From Bacteroidia bacterium (lineage in GTDB: Bacteria > Bacteroidota > Bacteroidia > NS11-12g > UBA955), in contig JAOASJ010000119.1 of the NCBI GenBank assembly GCA_030158725.1, positions 10,439 to 74,438 of the forward strand: a DNA stretch of 64,000 bases, given 5' to 3'. This document shows, piece by piece, positions 1 through 10,284 of the stretch. Positions within the stretch are counted from its first letter, which is position 1; every line of letters begins with the position of its first letter. The translations under genes were made by a program, and so were the position numbers. The notes beneath the pieces were generated by a model that was not told the DNA's origin, searched no databases, and worked only from the letters and a program-made list of their open reading frames with translations.

Positions 1-768
1 ATGGAGTACAAACCTAAAAATGCCAACAATAAAAAACCAATTGTATTGGTTGGTAAAGGTGTGGTTTATGATACAGGTGGATTAAGTTTGAAACCGACTC
101 CAATGAGTATGGACCACATGAAATGTGACATGGCCGGAAGTGCTGTTGTCGTTTCTGTATTAAACGCAGTTGCTAAACTTGGTTTACCAATACATGTAGT
201 TGGCTTGGTTCCTGCAACTGATAACTGGATTGGAGAGAATAGCTATGCTCCAGGTGATGTAATTACTATGTATAGTGGCACTACTGTAGAAGTTTTAAAT
301 ACAGATGCAGAAGGTCGTTTGGTTTTGGCTGATGCTTTACATTTTGCTAAGAAATTAAATCCAATGTTGGTTTGTGATTTTGCAACACTAACAGGTGCAG
401 CAGTTAGGGCTATTGGCCCTTATGCCACTGCATTTATGGGTAACGCGGATGATAAACTTAAACAATCAGTTTTTGAAAGTAGTTATTCAGTTTTTGAGCG
501 TTTGGTCGAATTTCCATTGTGGCAAGAATATGCAGATGAATTAAAATCTGAAATTGCAGATATGAGTAATTTGGGGAAAGGTGAAGGCGGTCAAATAAGT
601 GCTGCTAAATTTTTAGAACATTTTACAGATTACCCTTGGATGCACTTTGATATTGCTGGCCCAGCCTTTAATCACGCAACTGATGCATACAAACCAAAAG
701 GAGGAACAGGTGTAGGTGTTAGACTAATGATAGATTTTTTAGTAAAACAAAGTCAAAAAACGAAGTAA
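1..768 (+). CDS. pepA: Leucyl aminopeptidase (M17), C-terminal part; gene begins upstream of the window
   Basis: M17 motifs LVGKGVVYDTGG, MKCDMAG, NTDAEGRL, ATLTGA, WMHFDIAG. The N-terminal domain is absent, so the first Met is internal. Confidence 0.95.
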   Translation: MEYKPKNANNKKPIVLVGKGVVYDTGGLSLKPTPMSMDHMKCDMAGSAVVVSVLNAVAKLGLPIHVVGLVPATDNWIGENSYAPGDVITMYSGTTVEVLNTDAEGRLVLADALHFAKKLNPMLVCDFATLTGAAVRAIGPYATAFMGNADDKLKQSVFESSYSVFERLVEFPLWQEYADELKSEIADMSNLGKGEGGQISAAKFLEHFTDYPWMHFDIAGPAFNHATDAYKPKGGTGVGVRLMIDFLVKQSQKTK

Positions 769-769
769 G

Positions 770-1834
770 ATGAAAAAACCAATTATAGGCATTAGTCAAG
801 GCGATCCCAATGGCGTTGGATTAGAAGTGATAATAAAAGCTTTTGAACATTTCATGCTATTTGATCATTGCATTCCTGTGTTGTATGCAAACCCTAAATC
901 ATTTGCCTTTTGTAAAAAAACTTTAGGTCTTGAACAACCTGCCTATGTATTGATTAAAGATGTATCTGAAGCAAAGGAAGATCAATTAAATTTGATATCA
1001 AGCAGTAATGAAGCTTTTGAAGTTCAATATGGAATTCAGTCAGAAAAAGCAGGTGCTGAGGCATTACTAGCTATAGACAGAATGCTTCAAGATGCAAAAG
1101 CCAATAAATTAGATGCAATGGTTACTGCACCAGTAGATAAATCGAGCATTAAAACGGCTAAAGGTTTTACTGGTCATACTTCTCATATTACCGAAGCATT
1201 GGGCGTTAAAGAATCGTTAATGGTTTTGTACAATGATGATATTCGCGTTGGACTTTTGACCGAACATTTACCATTGAGCCAAGTTTCAGCTGCAATTAAG
1301 AAAGAGCTTATATTGGCAAAATTGAAGGTTGCAAACGAGAGTCTTAAACGTGATTTTGGTATTGTAAAACCAAAAATAGCAGTATTGGGATTAAATCCCC
1401 ATAATGGTGATAAAGGTGCAATAGGCTCAGAGGAGAAGGATACAATTATCCCTGCAATTGAAGAAGCAAAGTCTATGGATATATTCTGCTTTGGACCCTA
1501 TAGTGCAGACGGTTTCTTTGGAATGAAATCATACCATAATTTTGACATGGTTATTGCCATGTACCACGATCAAGGTTTGATACCATTTAAATCAATTGCA
1601 TTTGAAGATGGGGTTAATTTTACAGCCGGTTTGCCGGTTTTAAGAACCAGCCCAGATCATGGAACCGCATACGATATTGCAGGAAAAGGAATCGCATCTC
1701 AGTTAAGTTTTACAAATGCAGTGTTTGCTGCTATTGATATATTTAAGGAAAGAAATAATATTGATACTTTAAAATCAAATCCACTAGGCTTTAGTGAACT
1801 AAGAAGAGAGCGCTTCAGATTAGAACAAGGATAA
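770..1834 (+). CDS. pdxA: 4-hydroxythreonine-4-phosphate dehydrogenase
   Basis: GDPNGVGLEV, TAPVDK, GHT, GLNPH, AMYHDQGLIPFK, RTSPDHGTAYDIAGKG. Confidence 0.95.
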   Translation: MKKPIIGISQGDPNGVGLEVIIKAFEHFMLFDHCIPVLYANPKSFAFCKKTLGLEQPAYVLIKDVSEAKEDQLNLISSSNEAFEVQYGIQSEKAGAEALLAIDRMLQDAKANKLDAMVTAPVDKSSIKTAKGFTGHTSHITEALGVKESLMVLYNDDIRVGLLTEHLPLSQVSAAIKKELILAKLKVANESLKRDFGIVKPKIAVLGLNPHNGDKGAIGSEEKDTIIPAIEEAKSMDIFCFGPYSADGFFGMKSYHNFDMVIAMYHDQGLIPFKSIAFEDGVNFTAGLPVLRTSPDHGTAYDIAGKGIASQLSFTNAVFAAIDIFKERNNIDTLKSNPLGFSELRRERFRLEQG

Positions 1835-1893
1835 TATCCTTTTTCAAGATTATTAAATCTCGTTTTTACTGTTTTAATTTATATTCATAGGGT

Positions 1894-3933
1894 ATGTCTA
1901 AATTTGAGATTCAATCGCCATTTAAACCAACAGGAGATCAGCCGCAGGCTATTAAACTACTTGTAAAAGGCCTTGAACAGGGAGCACATGCTCAAACATT
2001 GCTCGGTGTAACCGGTAGTGGTAAGACTTTTACAATAGCCAATGTCATTCAAGAGGTACAAAGGCCTATTTTGGTTTTGAGTCACAACAAGACTTTGGTT
2101 GCCCAATTGTACAGTGAATTTAGTCATTTCTTTCCCAATAATGCGGTTGAATATTTTGTAAGTTATTACGACTATTATCAACCTGAGGCTTTTATTCCTA
2201 GCACTGGAACTTACATTGAAAAAGACCTAGCAATTAACGAAGAAATAGAAAAAATGCGTCTTAAAACCATATCAACATTGTTGAGCGGTAGGAGGGATGT
2301 GATTATTGTGGCTTCAGTTAGTTGTATTTATGGTGCAGGGAATCCCGCTGATTATGAAAACAGTATTATCCGAGTAAGCAAAGGACAAGTTATTGCAAGA
2401 AATGCATTTTTACATGAGTTGGTAAATAGCTTATACAGCCGCACAACGGATGAATTTAAAAGAGGAAATTTTAGAGTAAAGGGAGATGTTGTAGATGTTT
2501 ATTTGGCATATAATGATTTTGCCTATAGAATATCCTTCTTCGGTAATGAAATTGAAGAGATACAATCATTTGATCCTGCCAATGGGCAGATTTTAAATAC
2601 GTTTTCAGATGTTGCAATTTATCCTGCCAATATATATGTTTCACCTAAAGAGAGATTAAACCAAGCGATATATGAAATTCAAGATGATTTGGTTCTTCAA
2701 ATGGAGTATTTTAAATCTCAGGGTAAAAATCTTGAAGCAAAACGATTAGAAGAGCGCGTTAACTTTGATTTAGAAATGATGCGCGAACTTGGGTATTGTA
2801 GCGGAATTGAAAATTATAGCCGTTACATGGATAGAAGACAGACAGGTGAAAGGCCATTTTGTTTGTTGGATTACTTCCCAAAAGATTTCTTATTGGTGGT
2901 TGATGAAAGTCACGTAAGTATGCCACAGATTAAAGCGATGTATGGCGGCGATAGGGCCAGAAAAATTAATCTAGTAGATTATGGATTTAGATTGCCTGCT
3001 GCAATGGATAATAGGCCATTGAAGTGGGAGGAGTTTATTGGTATGATAAACCAGGTTATATATGTTAGTGCGACTCCATCAAACTTCGAGATTCAAGAAT
3101 CAGAAGGCGTTGTTGTAGAACAGTTAATAAGACCTACAGGCTTGTTAGATCCAATTATTGAGGTTAGACCTTGCACCAATCAAGTAGACGATTTATTGGA
3201 TGAAGTAGACGAGCGTGTTAAGCGTGGTGAAAGAGTTTTAGTAACAACTTTAACAAAGAGAATGAGTGAAGAACTTGCCAAATACATGAGCAAGTTAGGA
3301 ATCAAATGTCAATACATACACAGTGAAGTGAAAACTTTGGACAGGGTTGAGATTCTAAGAAATCTTAGATTGGGTGTAATTGATGTATTGATAGGTATAA
3401 ATTTATTAAGAGAAGGACTTGATTTACCAGAAGTAAGTTTTGTTGCCATATTAGACGCAGATAAAGAAGGCTTTTTAAGAAGTGTAACGAGTTTGGTGCA
3501 AACCATTGGTCGTGCGGCAAGAAATGAAAATGGAAAAGTGATTATGTATGCTGACCGCATGACGGATAGTATGCGAAAGACTATTGATGAGACAGAAAGA
3601 AGACGAGAAAAACAAATAGCTTATAATACCCTTCATGGAATTAGGCCTACATCGGTTGTGAAATCAATAGATCAGATTATGAAGGAAACTAGTGTGGCTG
3701 ATGTTAAAAAGGCAGAAGACCACATGGCCTATGCGCAAGCAAAAGATCAATTTGATCAAGCGGCAGATCCGGTATTCAGTTACATGGATAAGGCAGGAAT
3801 TGAAAAGGCAATAAAAGAAACAGAGCGCTCTATGAACCGTGCAGCTAAAGACATGGAGTTCATTGAAGCAGCTAGGTTCCGTGACCAGATAGAGGTTCTT
3901 AAGAAACAATTAAAAAAGCTTATTGCTAATTGA
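1894..3933 (+). CDS. uvrB: Excinuclease ABC subunit B
   Basis: Walker A LGVTGSGKT, HNKTLVAQL, YYDYYQPEA, VDESH, NLLREGLDLPEV, QTIGRAARN, C-terminal UVR motif EFIEAARFRD. Confidence 0.98.
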   Translation: MSKFEIQSPFKPTGDQPQAIKLLVKGLEQGAHAQTLLGVTGSGKTFTIANVIQEVQRPILVLSHNKTLVAQLYSEFSHFFPNNAVEYFVSYYDYYQPEAFIPSTGTYIEKDLAINEEIEKMRLKTISTLLSGRRDVIIVASVSCIYGAGNPADYENSIIRVSKGQVIARNAFLHELVNSLYSRTTDEFKRGNFRVKGDVVDVYLAYNDFAYRISFFGNEIEEIQSFDPANGQILNTFSDVAIYPANIYVSPKERLNQAIYEIQDDLVLQMEYFKSQGKNLEAKRLEERVNFDLEMMRELGYCSGIENYSRYMDRRQTGERPFCLLDYFPKDFLLVVDESHVSMPQIKAMYGGDRARKINLVDYGFRLPAAMDNRPLKWEEFIGMINQVIYVSATPSNFEIQESEGVVVEQLIRPTGLLDPIIEVRPCTNQVDDLLDEVDERVKRGERVLVTTLTKRMSEELAKYMSKLGIKCQYIHSEVKTLDRVEILRNLRLGVIDVLIGINLLREGLDLPEVSFVAILDADKEGFLRSVTSLVQTIGRAARNENGKVIMYADRMTDSMRKTIDETERRREKQIAYNTLHGIRPTSVVKSIDQIMKETSVADVKKAEDHMAYAQAKDQFDQAADPVFSYMDKAGIEKAIKETERSMNRAAKDMEFIEAARFRDQIEVLKKQLKKLIAN

Positions 3934-3982
3934 GAAATATTTAAATTTTCCTTTGGCATGATTTATGTAAATATCTATACAA

Positions 3983-4360
3983 ATGATGAAAAGTTTTATA
4001 ATAATCGCCTTTGCTTTATTGAGTACTAATGCCGTTAAAGCGACAAACGAGAGTTCTCGTGTTGCACAAGCGATACAAACTGCAAATACAGTTGATTTAG
4101 TGAGTATGTTTAATTCTAGCATAGAGTTGTTGACTCCTTCTTCTTCTGGTATTTCAACTAAAGAGCAAGCAAAAATTGTATTAGATAATTTTTTCAGAAA
4201 CAACACCCCAATAAAAGCAACAGTGACCCATGAGACATCTGGGACTACCAATACAATGTTTGTTATAAGCTTGACAACAAAGACCGGGACTTATAGAGTT
4301 TCAGTTGTTGGAAGCCTAAAAGGGGGAACATTTTTAATCAATGAGTTTAAAATTGTATAA
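3983..4360 (+). CDS. DUF4783-family exported protein
   Basis: Signal peptide; pattern AI..AN..DL..MF...IEL / SKxQA..VL.NFF..N.P / L.T..G.YRV; sits upstream of nadC as usual in Bacteroidota. Confidence 0.75.
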   Translation: MMKSFIIIAFALLSTNAVKATNESSRVAQAIQTANTVDLVSMFNSSIELLTPSSSGISTKEQAKIVLDNFFRNNTPIKATVTHETSGTTNTMFVISLTTKTGTYRVSVVGSLKGGTFLINEFKIV

Positions 4361-4387
4361 AAAGAACAATTCTAAAATTATAATTTG

Positions 4388-4420
4388 AAAAGTACTGCGT
4401 TAATTTGCAGTACTTTTTTT
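4388..4420 (+). terminator. Intrinsic terminator-like hairpin ending at the nadC start codon
   Basis: AAAAGTACTGC (4388-4398), 8-nt loop, GCAGTACTTTT (4407-4417), T-run to 4420. Confidence 0.6.
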
Positions 4421-5287
4421 ATGAATACAAATTTTAAGGATATAAGCGAATCAGCCGAAGTGCTTCAAATAATTGAACAAGCATTAAGAGAAGATATTGG
4501 TAATGGCGATCATTCATCACTTTCAAGTATTGAAAAGGACAGAGTTTCCCATGCCCGTTTAATCTTTAAGGACAATGGTATTGTTGCAGGGTTGAACATA
4601 GCCTATAAAATTTTAAGGCTTAATGACCCCAATTGCACAATTAATGCCTATTTCAATGACGGTGATTATTTGAAAAAGGGAGAAATTGCTTTTGATGTAG
4701 TTGGCAATGCACAAGCTTTATTAAGAAGTGAAAGACTACTTTTGAATATTTTACAAAGATTGAGTGGAATAGCCAGTGTAACCAATTTGGCTGCTTCTAA
4801 AATCAAAACATATCAAACCAAAGTATTGGATACAAGAAAAACCACACCGAATCTTAGAATACTTGAAAAATGGGCAGTTTTGGTTGGTGGTGGTATGAAC
4901 CATAGATTTGGTTTGTTTGATATGATTATGTTAAAAGATAACCATATTGATGTTGCCGGTGGCATTGTTCCAGCGATTCAGAAGGCAAAGAATTACTTAA
5001 TCGAAAATAATTTAGATTTAGGCATTGAAGTAGAAACACGCAATTTGGAAGAAGTTAAGCAAGCTTTAAGTGTATTGCCTATACAAAGAATTATGTTGGA
5101 TAATTTTAGTCCAGAATTGGTAAATGAGGCAGTTCAAATAATAAATGGTCAATGCGAAACCGAAGCTTCTGGTGGTATAACATTAGAAAATATTGAGGAT
5201 TATGCTGCTGCAGGGGTCGATTTTATATCTTTGGGTATGTTAACACATTCTGTCAAAAGTTTAGACATAAGTTTTAAAATTAAATAA
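4421..5287 (+). CDS. nadC: Nicotinate-nucleotide pyrophosphorylase (carboxylating)
   Basis: ALREDIG, LNILQRLSGIA, DTRKTTP, NHRFGLFDMIMLKDNH, EVET, IMLDN, EASGGI. Start moved to ATG 4421 because the track's TTG 4385 reads through the hairpin. Confidence 0.95.
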   Translation: MNTNFKDISESAEVLQIIEQALREDIGNGDHSSLSSIEKDRVSHARLIFKDNGIVAGLNIAYKILRLNDPNCTINAYFNDGDYLKKGEIAFDVVGNAQALLRSERLLLNILQRLSGIASVTNLAASKIKTYQTKVLDTRKTTPNLRILEKWAVLVGGGMNHRFGLFDMIMLKDNHIDVAGGIVPAIQKAKNYLIENNLDLGIEVETRNLEEVKQALSVLPIQRIMLDNFSPELVNEAVQIINGQCETEASGGITLENIEDYAAAGVDFISLGMLTHSVKSLDISFKIK

Positions 5288-5305
5288 TTTTTATTTAAAA
5301 ATTAG

Positions 5306-5313
5306 TAACTTTG
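5306..5313 (+). promoter_or_regulatory. Bacteroidota -7 element (TAACTTTG), 4 nt before the ATG
   Basis: Exact TAnnTTTG match in the intergenic region. Confidence 0.7.
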
Positions 5314-5317
5314 CCTT

Positions 5318-6004
5318 ATGTTTAAAAAAATTACGCTAATTATTATTGCTTTAGTTGGATTAAATGCCAACGCCCAATTTACAATTGATGAAGATACCTT
5401 ATATGCTTATGGCTTTGTCGGAGCAAGTTCTTCTGATTTTTCTGATATTTACGCCCATACTGTTATTAGAAGTAAGGCTCCAGCACCAGAGACAGTTAAG
5501 TGGAATAGATTTAATGTAAGTCTACCAAGTACTGAATGGTCAACTGCAATATGTGATATTTTATCTTGTAGAGGTCCAGAAATTTCAAGTGATTCTTTTG
5601 CTTTTAGTGGTGCAGGTGATACTGGTATATTATCTTTTCATTTTTACACCAAGAATATAAGAGGCAATGGTTCTTTTGTAGTTCGTTTTTCAAGAGCAAA
5701 CAATCCATTGGATTTTAAAGATGTATACATTAATGCGCAAGGATGGGCACCTACTGGTGTTTCAAGCAGCATGCGCACACTTTTGAATGTATATCCTAAT
5801 CCAGTAAATGATTTCGTAAATATTAATAATCCACTTATTGGAAAGGCTGATTTGAAAGTATACAATGCACAAGGTCAATTAGTATTTGAATCTGCATTTG
5901 AGAATAGCGCTAAAGTTGATGTTAGCAATTTTACTTCAGGATTGTATACCATTGTTGTTCAAGGCGAAAAAGGTTCGACCAGTTCAACTTTCGTGAAATC
6001 ATAA
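5318..6004 (+). CDS. Small secreted protein with T9SS type-A C-terminal sorting domain
   Basis: Signal peptide ending ANA|Q; CTD NVYPNPVNDFVNI...KVYNAQGQLV...SGLYTIVV...FVK; beta-rich N-domain with a W-x4-CD-x3-C pair. Confidence 0.85.
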   Translation: MFKKITLIIIALVGLNANAQFTIDEDTLYAYGFVGASSSDFSDIYAHTVIRSKAPAPETVKWNRFNVSLPSTEWSTAICDILSCRGPEISSDSFAFSGAGDTGILSFHFYTKNIRGNGSFVVRFSRANNPLDFKDVYINAQGWAPTGVSSSMRTLLNVYPNPVNDFVNINNPLIGKADLKVYNAQGQLVFESAFENSAKVDVSNFTSGLYTIVVQGEKGSTSSTFVKS

Positions 6005-6023
6005 ACACTTAAAACCTCATTAT

Positions 6024-6057
6024 AAAAAAATCCCGAAACATTGTTTCGGGATTTTTT
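6024..6057. terminator. Bidirectional intrinsic terminator
   Basis: AAAAAAATCCCGAAACA-T-TGTTTCGGGATTTTTT between the convergent T9SS-cargo gene and obgE. Confidence 0.9.
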
Positions 6058-6075
6058 GTTTTTATCGTTTTGAGC

Positions 6076-7083
6076 TTAGCTCCATTCTTCTTTTCCGTGC
6101 TTAATTTTTTCCCAAAGGGTGTCTTTAAGCTCTTGAAGATTAAGTCCTGCTACAGCCGAAATAAATAGGGGTTTCATGCTTTTTAAATCTTTCTTCATTA
6201 AACCCATTAACTCATCATCCATCATATCACATTTTGTGATTGCAATAACGCGTTCTTTTTGAAGCAACTCAGGGTTAAATGCTTTTAATTCGTTTAAAAG
6301 AATTTTATATTCAGCCTTAATGTCTTTACTGTCTGCTGGTATAAGAAACAAAAGCAAGGCGTTTCTTTCAATGTGTTTAAGGAATCTGTGTCCTAAACCT
6401 TTTCCTTCGTGAGCGCCTTCAATAATACCTGGAATATCGGCCATAACAAATGAACGGTAATCTCGGTATTCAACCATTCCAAGATTTGGAACTAAGGTTG
6501 TAAAAGGGTAATTGGCAATTTTTGGTTTGGCTGCAGACATAACAGACAATAAAGTAGATTTTCCAGCATTTGGAAAACCAACTAGACCAACGTCTGCTAG
6601 TACTTTTAATTCAAGGATTTTCCAACCTTCAAGACTATCTTCACCTGGTTGGGCATAAGTTGGGGCTTGTTTCGTTGCAGTTTTAAAATGGGTATTACCT
6701 AAACCGCCACGTCCACCTTTTAGAAGTACTTTTTCTTCACCATCTTTGGTGATTTCAAATAATACTTTACCTGTTTCTTCGTCCTTTGCAATAGTTCCTA
6801 GAGGAACTTCAATTACTTCATTTTTACCTGATGCACCTGTACATAATGCAGATCCACCTGGGTCGCCATCTTGAGCATGCACGTGTTTGCGGTATTTCAA
6901 ATGCAGCAAAGTCCATAATTGGGCATTGCCTCTTAGTCTAATATCACCGCCTTTTCCGCCGTCACCGCCATCAGGGCCACCTTGAGGAAGACCTTTTGCA
7001 CGGTGAAAGTGAGCACTACCTTTACCACCTTTTCCACTTCTGAAAAAGATTTTTACGTAATCTATAAAATTTGAATCTAGCAT
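6076..7083 (-). CDS. obgE: GTPase ObgE/CgtA
   Basis: Gly-rich Obg N-domain ([12 protein letters not shown]), [24 protein letters not shown]. Confidence 0.97.
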   Translation of the reverse strand: MLDSNFIDYVKIFFRSGKGGKGSAHFHRAKGLPQGGPDGGDGGKGGDIRLRGNAQLWTLLHLKYRKHVHAQDGDPGGSALCTGASGKNEVIEVPLGTIAKDEETGKVLFEITKDGEEKVLLKGGRGGLGNTHFKTATKQAPTYAQPGEDSLEGWKILELKVLADVGLVGFPNAGKSTLLSVMSAAKPKIANYPFTTLVPNLGMVEYRDYRSFVMADIPGIIEGAHEGKGLGHRFLKHIERNALLLFLIPADSKDIKAEYKILLNELKAFNPELLQKERVIAITKCDMMDDELMGLMKKDLKSMKPLFISAVAGLNLQELKDTLWEKIKHGKEEWS

Positions 7084-7110
7084 GGCTTTACGGAATTAAG
7101 TAAATTTCCG

Positions 7111-7689
7111 TTAGTGACTTTGTTCAACAATGATTGATTTAAGTCTATTGAAGATGTCGTCAATACTTCCAACGCCGTCAATGCCGTGGTATTTGTTTTG
7201 ATTGGCATAATAGTCTGCTGCAACAGCAGTTTGTTCGTTGTATACATTGATTCTGTTTCTGATTATATTTTCGTCTATATCGTCGGCTCTTCCACTGTCT
7301 TTTCCTCTAAGTAAAAGTCTTTTAGTTAATTCTTCTTCATCAACAGTTAAAGCCAACATCATTGTTATGGATGTGCCTTTAGATTCTAAGAATTTATCTA
7401 AGGCCTGCGCTTGTGCTGTGGTTCTTGGGAAGCCATCAAAAATATAACCTTTTGCTTCTGGGTATTTTTCTGCTTCAGCTTCAAGCATATTGATGGTAAC
7501 CTCATCTGGCACAAGATTGCCTTTATCTATATATGATTTAGCTAATTTACCTAAATCAGTTTCATTTTTAATATTAAATCTAAAAATATCACCGGTAGAT
7601 AAGTGCACCAAGTTAAAAGTGTCTACAAGCTTTTGAGATTGAGTTCCTTTTCCAGCTCCTGGAGGTCCGAATAAAACGATATTTAACAT
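7111..7689 (-). CDS. adk: Adenylate kinase (short-lid type)
   Basis: MLNIVLFGPPGAGKGTQ, STGDIFR, GNLVPDEV, DGFPRT, GRADD. Start moved to ATG 7689. Confidence 0.95.
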   Translation of the reverse strand: MLNIVLFGPPGAGKGTQSQKLVDTFNLVHLSTGDIFRFNIKNETDLGKLAKSYIDKGNLVPDEVTINMLEAEAEKYPEAKGYIFDGFPRTTAQAQALDKFLESKGTSITMMLALTVDEEELTKRLLLRGKDSGRADDIDENIIRNRINVYNEQTAVAADYYANQNKYHGIDGVGSIDDIFNRLKSIIVEQSH

Positions 7690-7723
7690 TTTTTTTAAGA
7701 TAATTGTTAAGTCTTCTAACGTG

Positions 7724-7731
7724 CAAAGGTA
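7724..7731 (-). promoter_or_regulatory. -7 element (TACCTTTG) for adk-obgE
   Basis: Exact consensus on the minus strand, 34 nt before the adk ATG. Confidence 0.7.
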
Positions 7732-7773
7732 CTGCCTTAAACTGAATAATGTATATTTAAAGACATATTTACT

Positions 7774-7781
7774 TAATTTCG
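7774..7781 (+). promoter_or_regulatory. -7 element variant (TAATTTCG) for wecB
   Basis: TAnnTTCG followed by CA, 23 nt before TTG 7805. Confidence 0.55.
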
Positions 7782-7804
7782 CAGCGGAAAAAAACATTAT
7801 TCTT

Positions 7805-8899
7805 TTGAAAAAAATCCTTATTGTAGTGGGTACTAGACCCAATTTTATTAAAGTAACACGCTTTAAAAAAGTAATTGCTAATCATCCTGAGTTAGAAGTG
7901 AAATTTGTTCATACTGGTCAGCATTTTGATGAAAAGATGAGCCAAGTATTTTTTGATCAGTTTGATTTAAGACCTGATTTTATGCTTAACATAGGACAAG
8001 GTTCACCAAATAGTCAAATGGCCAATGTTATGTTGGGTGTCGAAAAAGTTTGTCTGGAGTATCAACCAGATTTGTTAATAGTAGTAGGTGATGTAAACAG
8101 CACGTTTGCAGCAGCATTAACAGGAAATAAAATGGGTATTAAAGTAGCACATCTAGAGAGTGGATTAAGAAGTTTTGACCGTGAAATGCCAGAGGAAATA
8201 AACCGTTTGTTGACCGATGAAATCTCAGATTATTACTTTGTTACAGAACAAAGTGGATTGGATCATTTGAAAGCAGAGGGTAAAGACCATGGGAATGTGT
8301 TTTTTGTTGGAAATACCATGATCGATAGTTTGGTTGAATTTGATGAAGAGGTAAATAAAAGTCAAATTATGCAAACTATGGGATTGGAAAAAGGTGAATT
8401 TGTATTAATGACCATGCACAGACCTTCAAATGTTGATACCAAGGCTGGCTTAGAAGTTTTAATTGAAATGATTAAGAACATCTGCAAAACCACAAAATTG
8501 GTATTCCCTATTCACCCAAGGACAGTTAATAGATTAAAGCAATTTGAGTTATGGGAATCCATTGCAAATTTAGATGGATTGATATTTTCAGAACCTATGG
8601 ATTATTTTGCGTTTCAAAATTTAACCGCAAATTGCAAATTTGTTGTTACGGATAGTGGCGGAATACAAGAAGAAACTACCTATCGCCAAGTGCCTTGTCT
8701 GACCTTGAGAAATAACACTGAACGCCCTAGTACAGTTGATTTGGGAAGCAATGTGTTGGTAGAATATACGATGGAAGCTTTGCAAAAAAGAATTGATGAA
8801 ATAAATTCTGGCACCTATAAAAAAGGACAGATTCCTCCTTTATGGGACGGGAAAAGTACTGACAGAATTGCTGAGGTAATTAAAAGTATCTTACTTTAA
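7805..8899 (+). CDS. wecB: UDP-N-acetylglucosamine 2-epimerase (non-hydrolysing; WecB/WbpI-like)
   Basis: VGTRPNFIK, HTGQH, GDVNST, ESGLRS, MPEEINR, HRPSN, TDSGGIQEE, TERP. Start placed at TTG 7805. Confidence 0.9.
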   Translation: MKKILIVVGTRPNFIKVTRFKKVIANHPELEVKFVHTGQHFDEKMSQVFFDQFDLRPDFMLNIGQGSPNSQMANVMLGVEKVCLEYQPDLLIVVGDVNSTFAAALTGNKMGIKVAHLESGLRSFDREMPEEINRLLTDEISDYYFVTEQSGLDHLKAEGKDHGNVFFVGNTMIDSLVEFDEEVNKSQIMQTMGLEKGEFVLMTMHRPSNVDTKAGLEVLIEMIKNICKTTKLVFPIHPRTVNRLKQFELWESIANLDGLIFSEPMDYFAFQNLTANCKFVVTDSGGIQEETTYRQVPCLTLRNNTERPSTVDLGSNVLVEYTMEALQKRIDEINSGTYKKGQIPPLWDGKSTDRIAEVIKSILL

Positions 8900-10284
8900 T
8901 TAGAAATTTGATTTTGCTTATAGCTGTTATAGAGTATTTGGGCTAAGAGCAAACATAGGCACAATTGAACTTGTGCAAATCCAATTTGATACCATTCAAA
9001 ATCTAGAGCTATACCAATAGACTTAAGAGAGAAGTATTTTGCGGTGTTGTTAAACGAGACAAATAGGATATAGTAAGAGGCTAAAAAGACATATATCCAT
9101 GAGAATATATATTTACGGTACACAAATACTGCAGTTAAAGGAATAAGGAAATACTGTTCGCTGATTGCAAGTGAGGTTGCAACGACGCAGAGCAAATAAA
9201 TACTGAATATGTCTTTGTTTTTCCATTTATAAGCATAAAAGGCTAAGCAAGGAAAAATTAACAACCAAATGAATTTATATCCAGTGAATATTGGAAGTAT
9301 TTTGAAAAGGCCCATTTTGGTAATAAAACCAGGAATAACAAGGTCAAGAAAGTGCTTTAAAAAGGTTTGGTTGTTATTAAATTGATAAGATAATACATTT
9401 GTTTTTATTGCTTCGAAATCATTGTAAAATGGCAAAAAACTTATTGCAAAAATTAGAGCAGGTATTGTAAGAATTTTTATTCTTTCTTTTATTGAAATTT
9501 CTTGATTAAAAAGTAACATTAAAGGTAAGAATACCATGATATGCTTAACGCTATAAGATATGCCTAACAATAATATTGCTAGATTGTATTTCTTTTCTTT
9601 TAAATTTAAATAAGCGTAGTAAGCTATACAAATTGCTATTATATCAAACTGTGAATGGTGACCAATAATTACAATGCTTATTGGATTGAATAGCAATAAA
9701 AGAATTAATAAATTGTTTTTGGTTTGCTTGAAAATTGCCCTGTATAAAAAGACCTCAGCTAAGAATAAGCAAACAACTATGTATACATGAAATAGTGTTT
9801 GATTGTATGAACCTATGCTTGCAAGAAGTTTTAGTCCCGCTAATACATAAGCCCATATTGGACCATAATTGTACCTTGCCGTATTGGCATAAACACTATT
9901 CCCATCAAGAACAATATCAGCTACTATTTCATAGGATTCTAAATCGAAATTATGGCCGAGTATAGCCATTAGTATTCTAAGTATTAATCCAAATCCAAAA
10001 ATCAGAGCCCAATATTTTTTTGAGATATCAATGTCAGAAATTCTTGAAGATTTGAAATATAAGCTAAGTAAAAACCATGTACATAAAATGATATTTATGT
10101 CAAATAGGGTAAAACGCATTTGGCCAGTAATAACGCCATCAGCATCGCCAAATAAATTTTCAAATAGTTTTGCTAATCCGTTAAAAAGTATGATTGAAGC
10201 AAAAGCAAAAATATAGGAAAGTCGATGCTTAAGCGATGCATTCAGAAATGATTGTATTTTTAATAATGCGTGATTATTTGCCAT
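8896..10284 (-). CDS. Polytopic membrane protein, probable GT-C fold glycosyltransferase (GT87/DUF2029-like)
   Basis: About 10-12 hydrophobic segments; first loop with NFDLESY and YNYGP; LFNP..I.....HSQFD; S.SVK pattern typical of GT87-like proteins. Confidence 0.6.
   Translation of the reverse strand: MANNHALLKIQSFLNASLKHRLSYIFAFASIILFNGLAKLFENLFGDADGVITGQMRFTLFDINIILCTWFLLSLYFKSSRISDIDISKKYWALIFGFGLILRILMAILGHNFDLESYEIVADIVLDGNSVYANTARYNYGPIWAYVLAGLKLLASIGSYNQTLFHVYIVVCLFLAEVFLYRAIFKQTKNNLLILLLLFNPISIVIIGHHSQFDIIAICIAYYAYLNLKEKKYNLAILLLGISYSVKHIMVFLPLMLLFNQEISIKERIKILTIPALIFAISFLPFYNDFEAIKTNVLSYQFNNNQTFLKHFLDLVIPGFITKMGLFKILPIFTGYKFIWLLIFPCLAFYAYKWKNKDIFSIYLLCVVATSLAISEQYFLIPLTAVFVYRKYIFSWIYVFLASYYILFVSFNNTAKYFSLKSIGIALDFEWYQIGFAQVQLCLCLLLAQILYNSYKQNQISN

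Noticed and set aside
3910-4251. 113-aa minus-strand ORF
   Set aside because: Antisense to DUF4783, which has the family signature and expected synteny.
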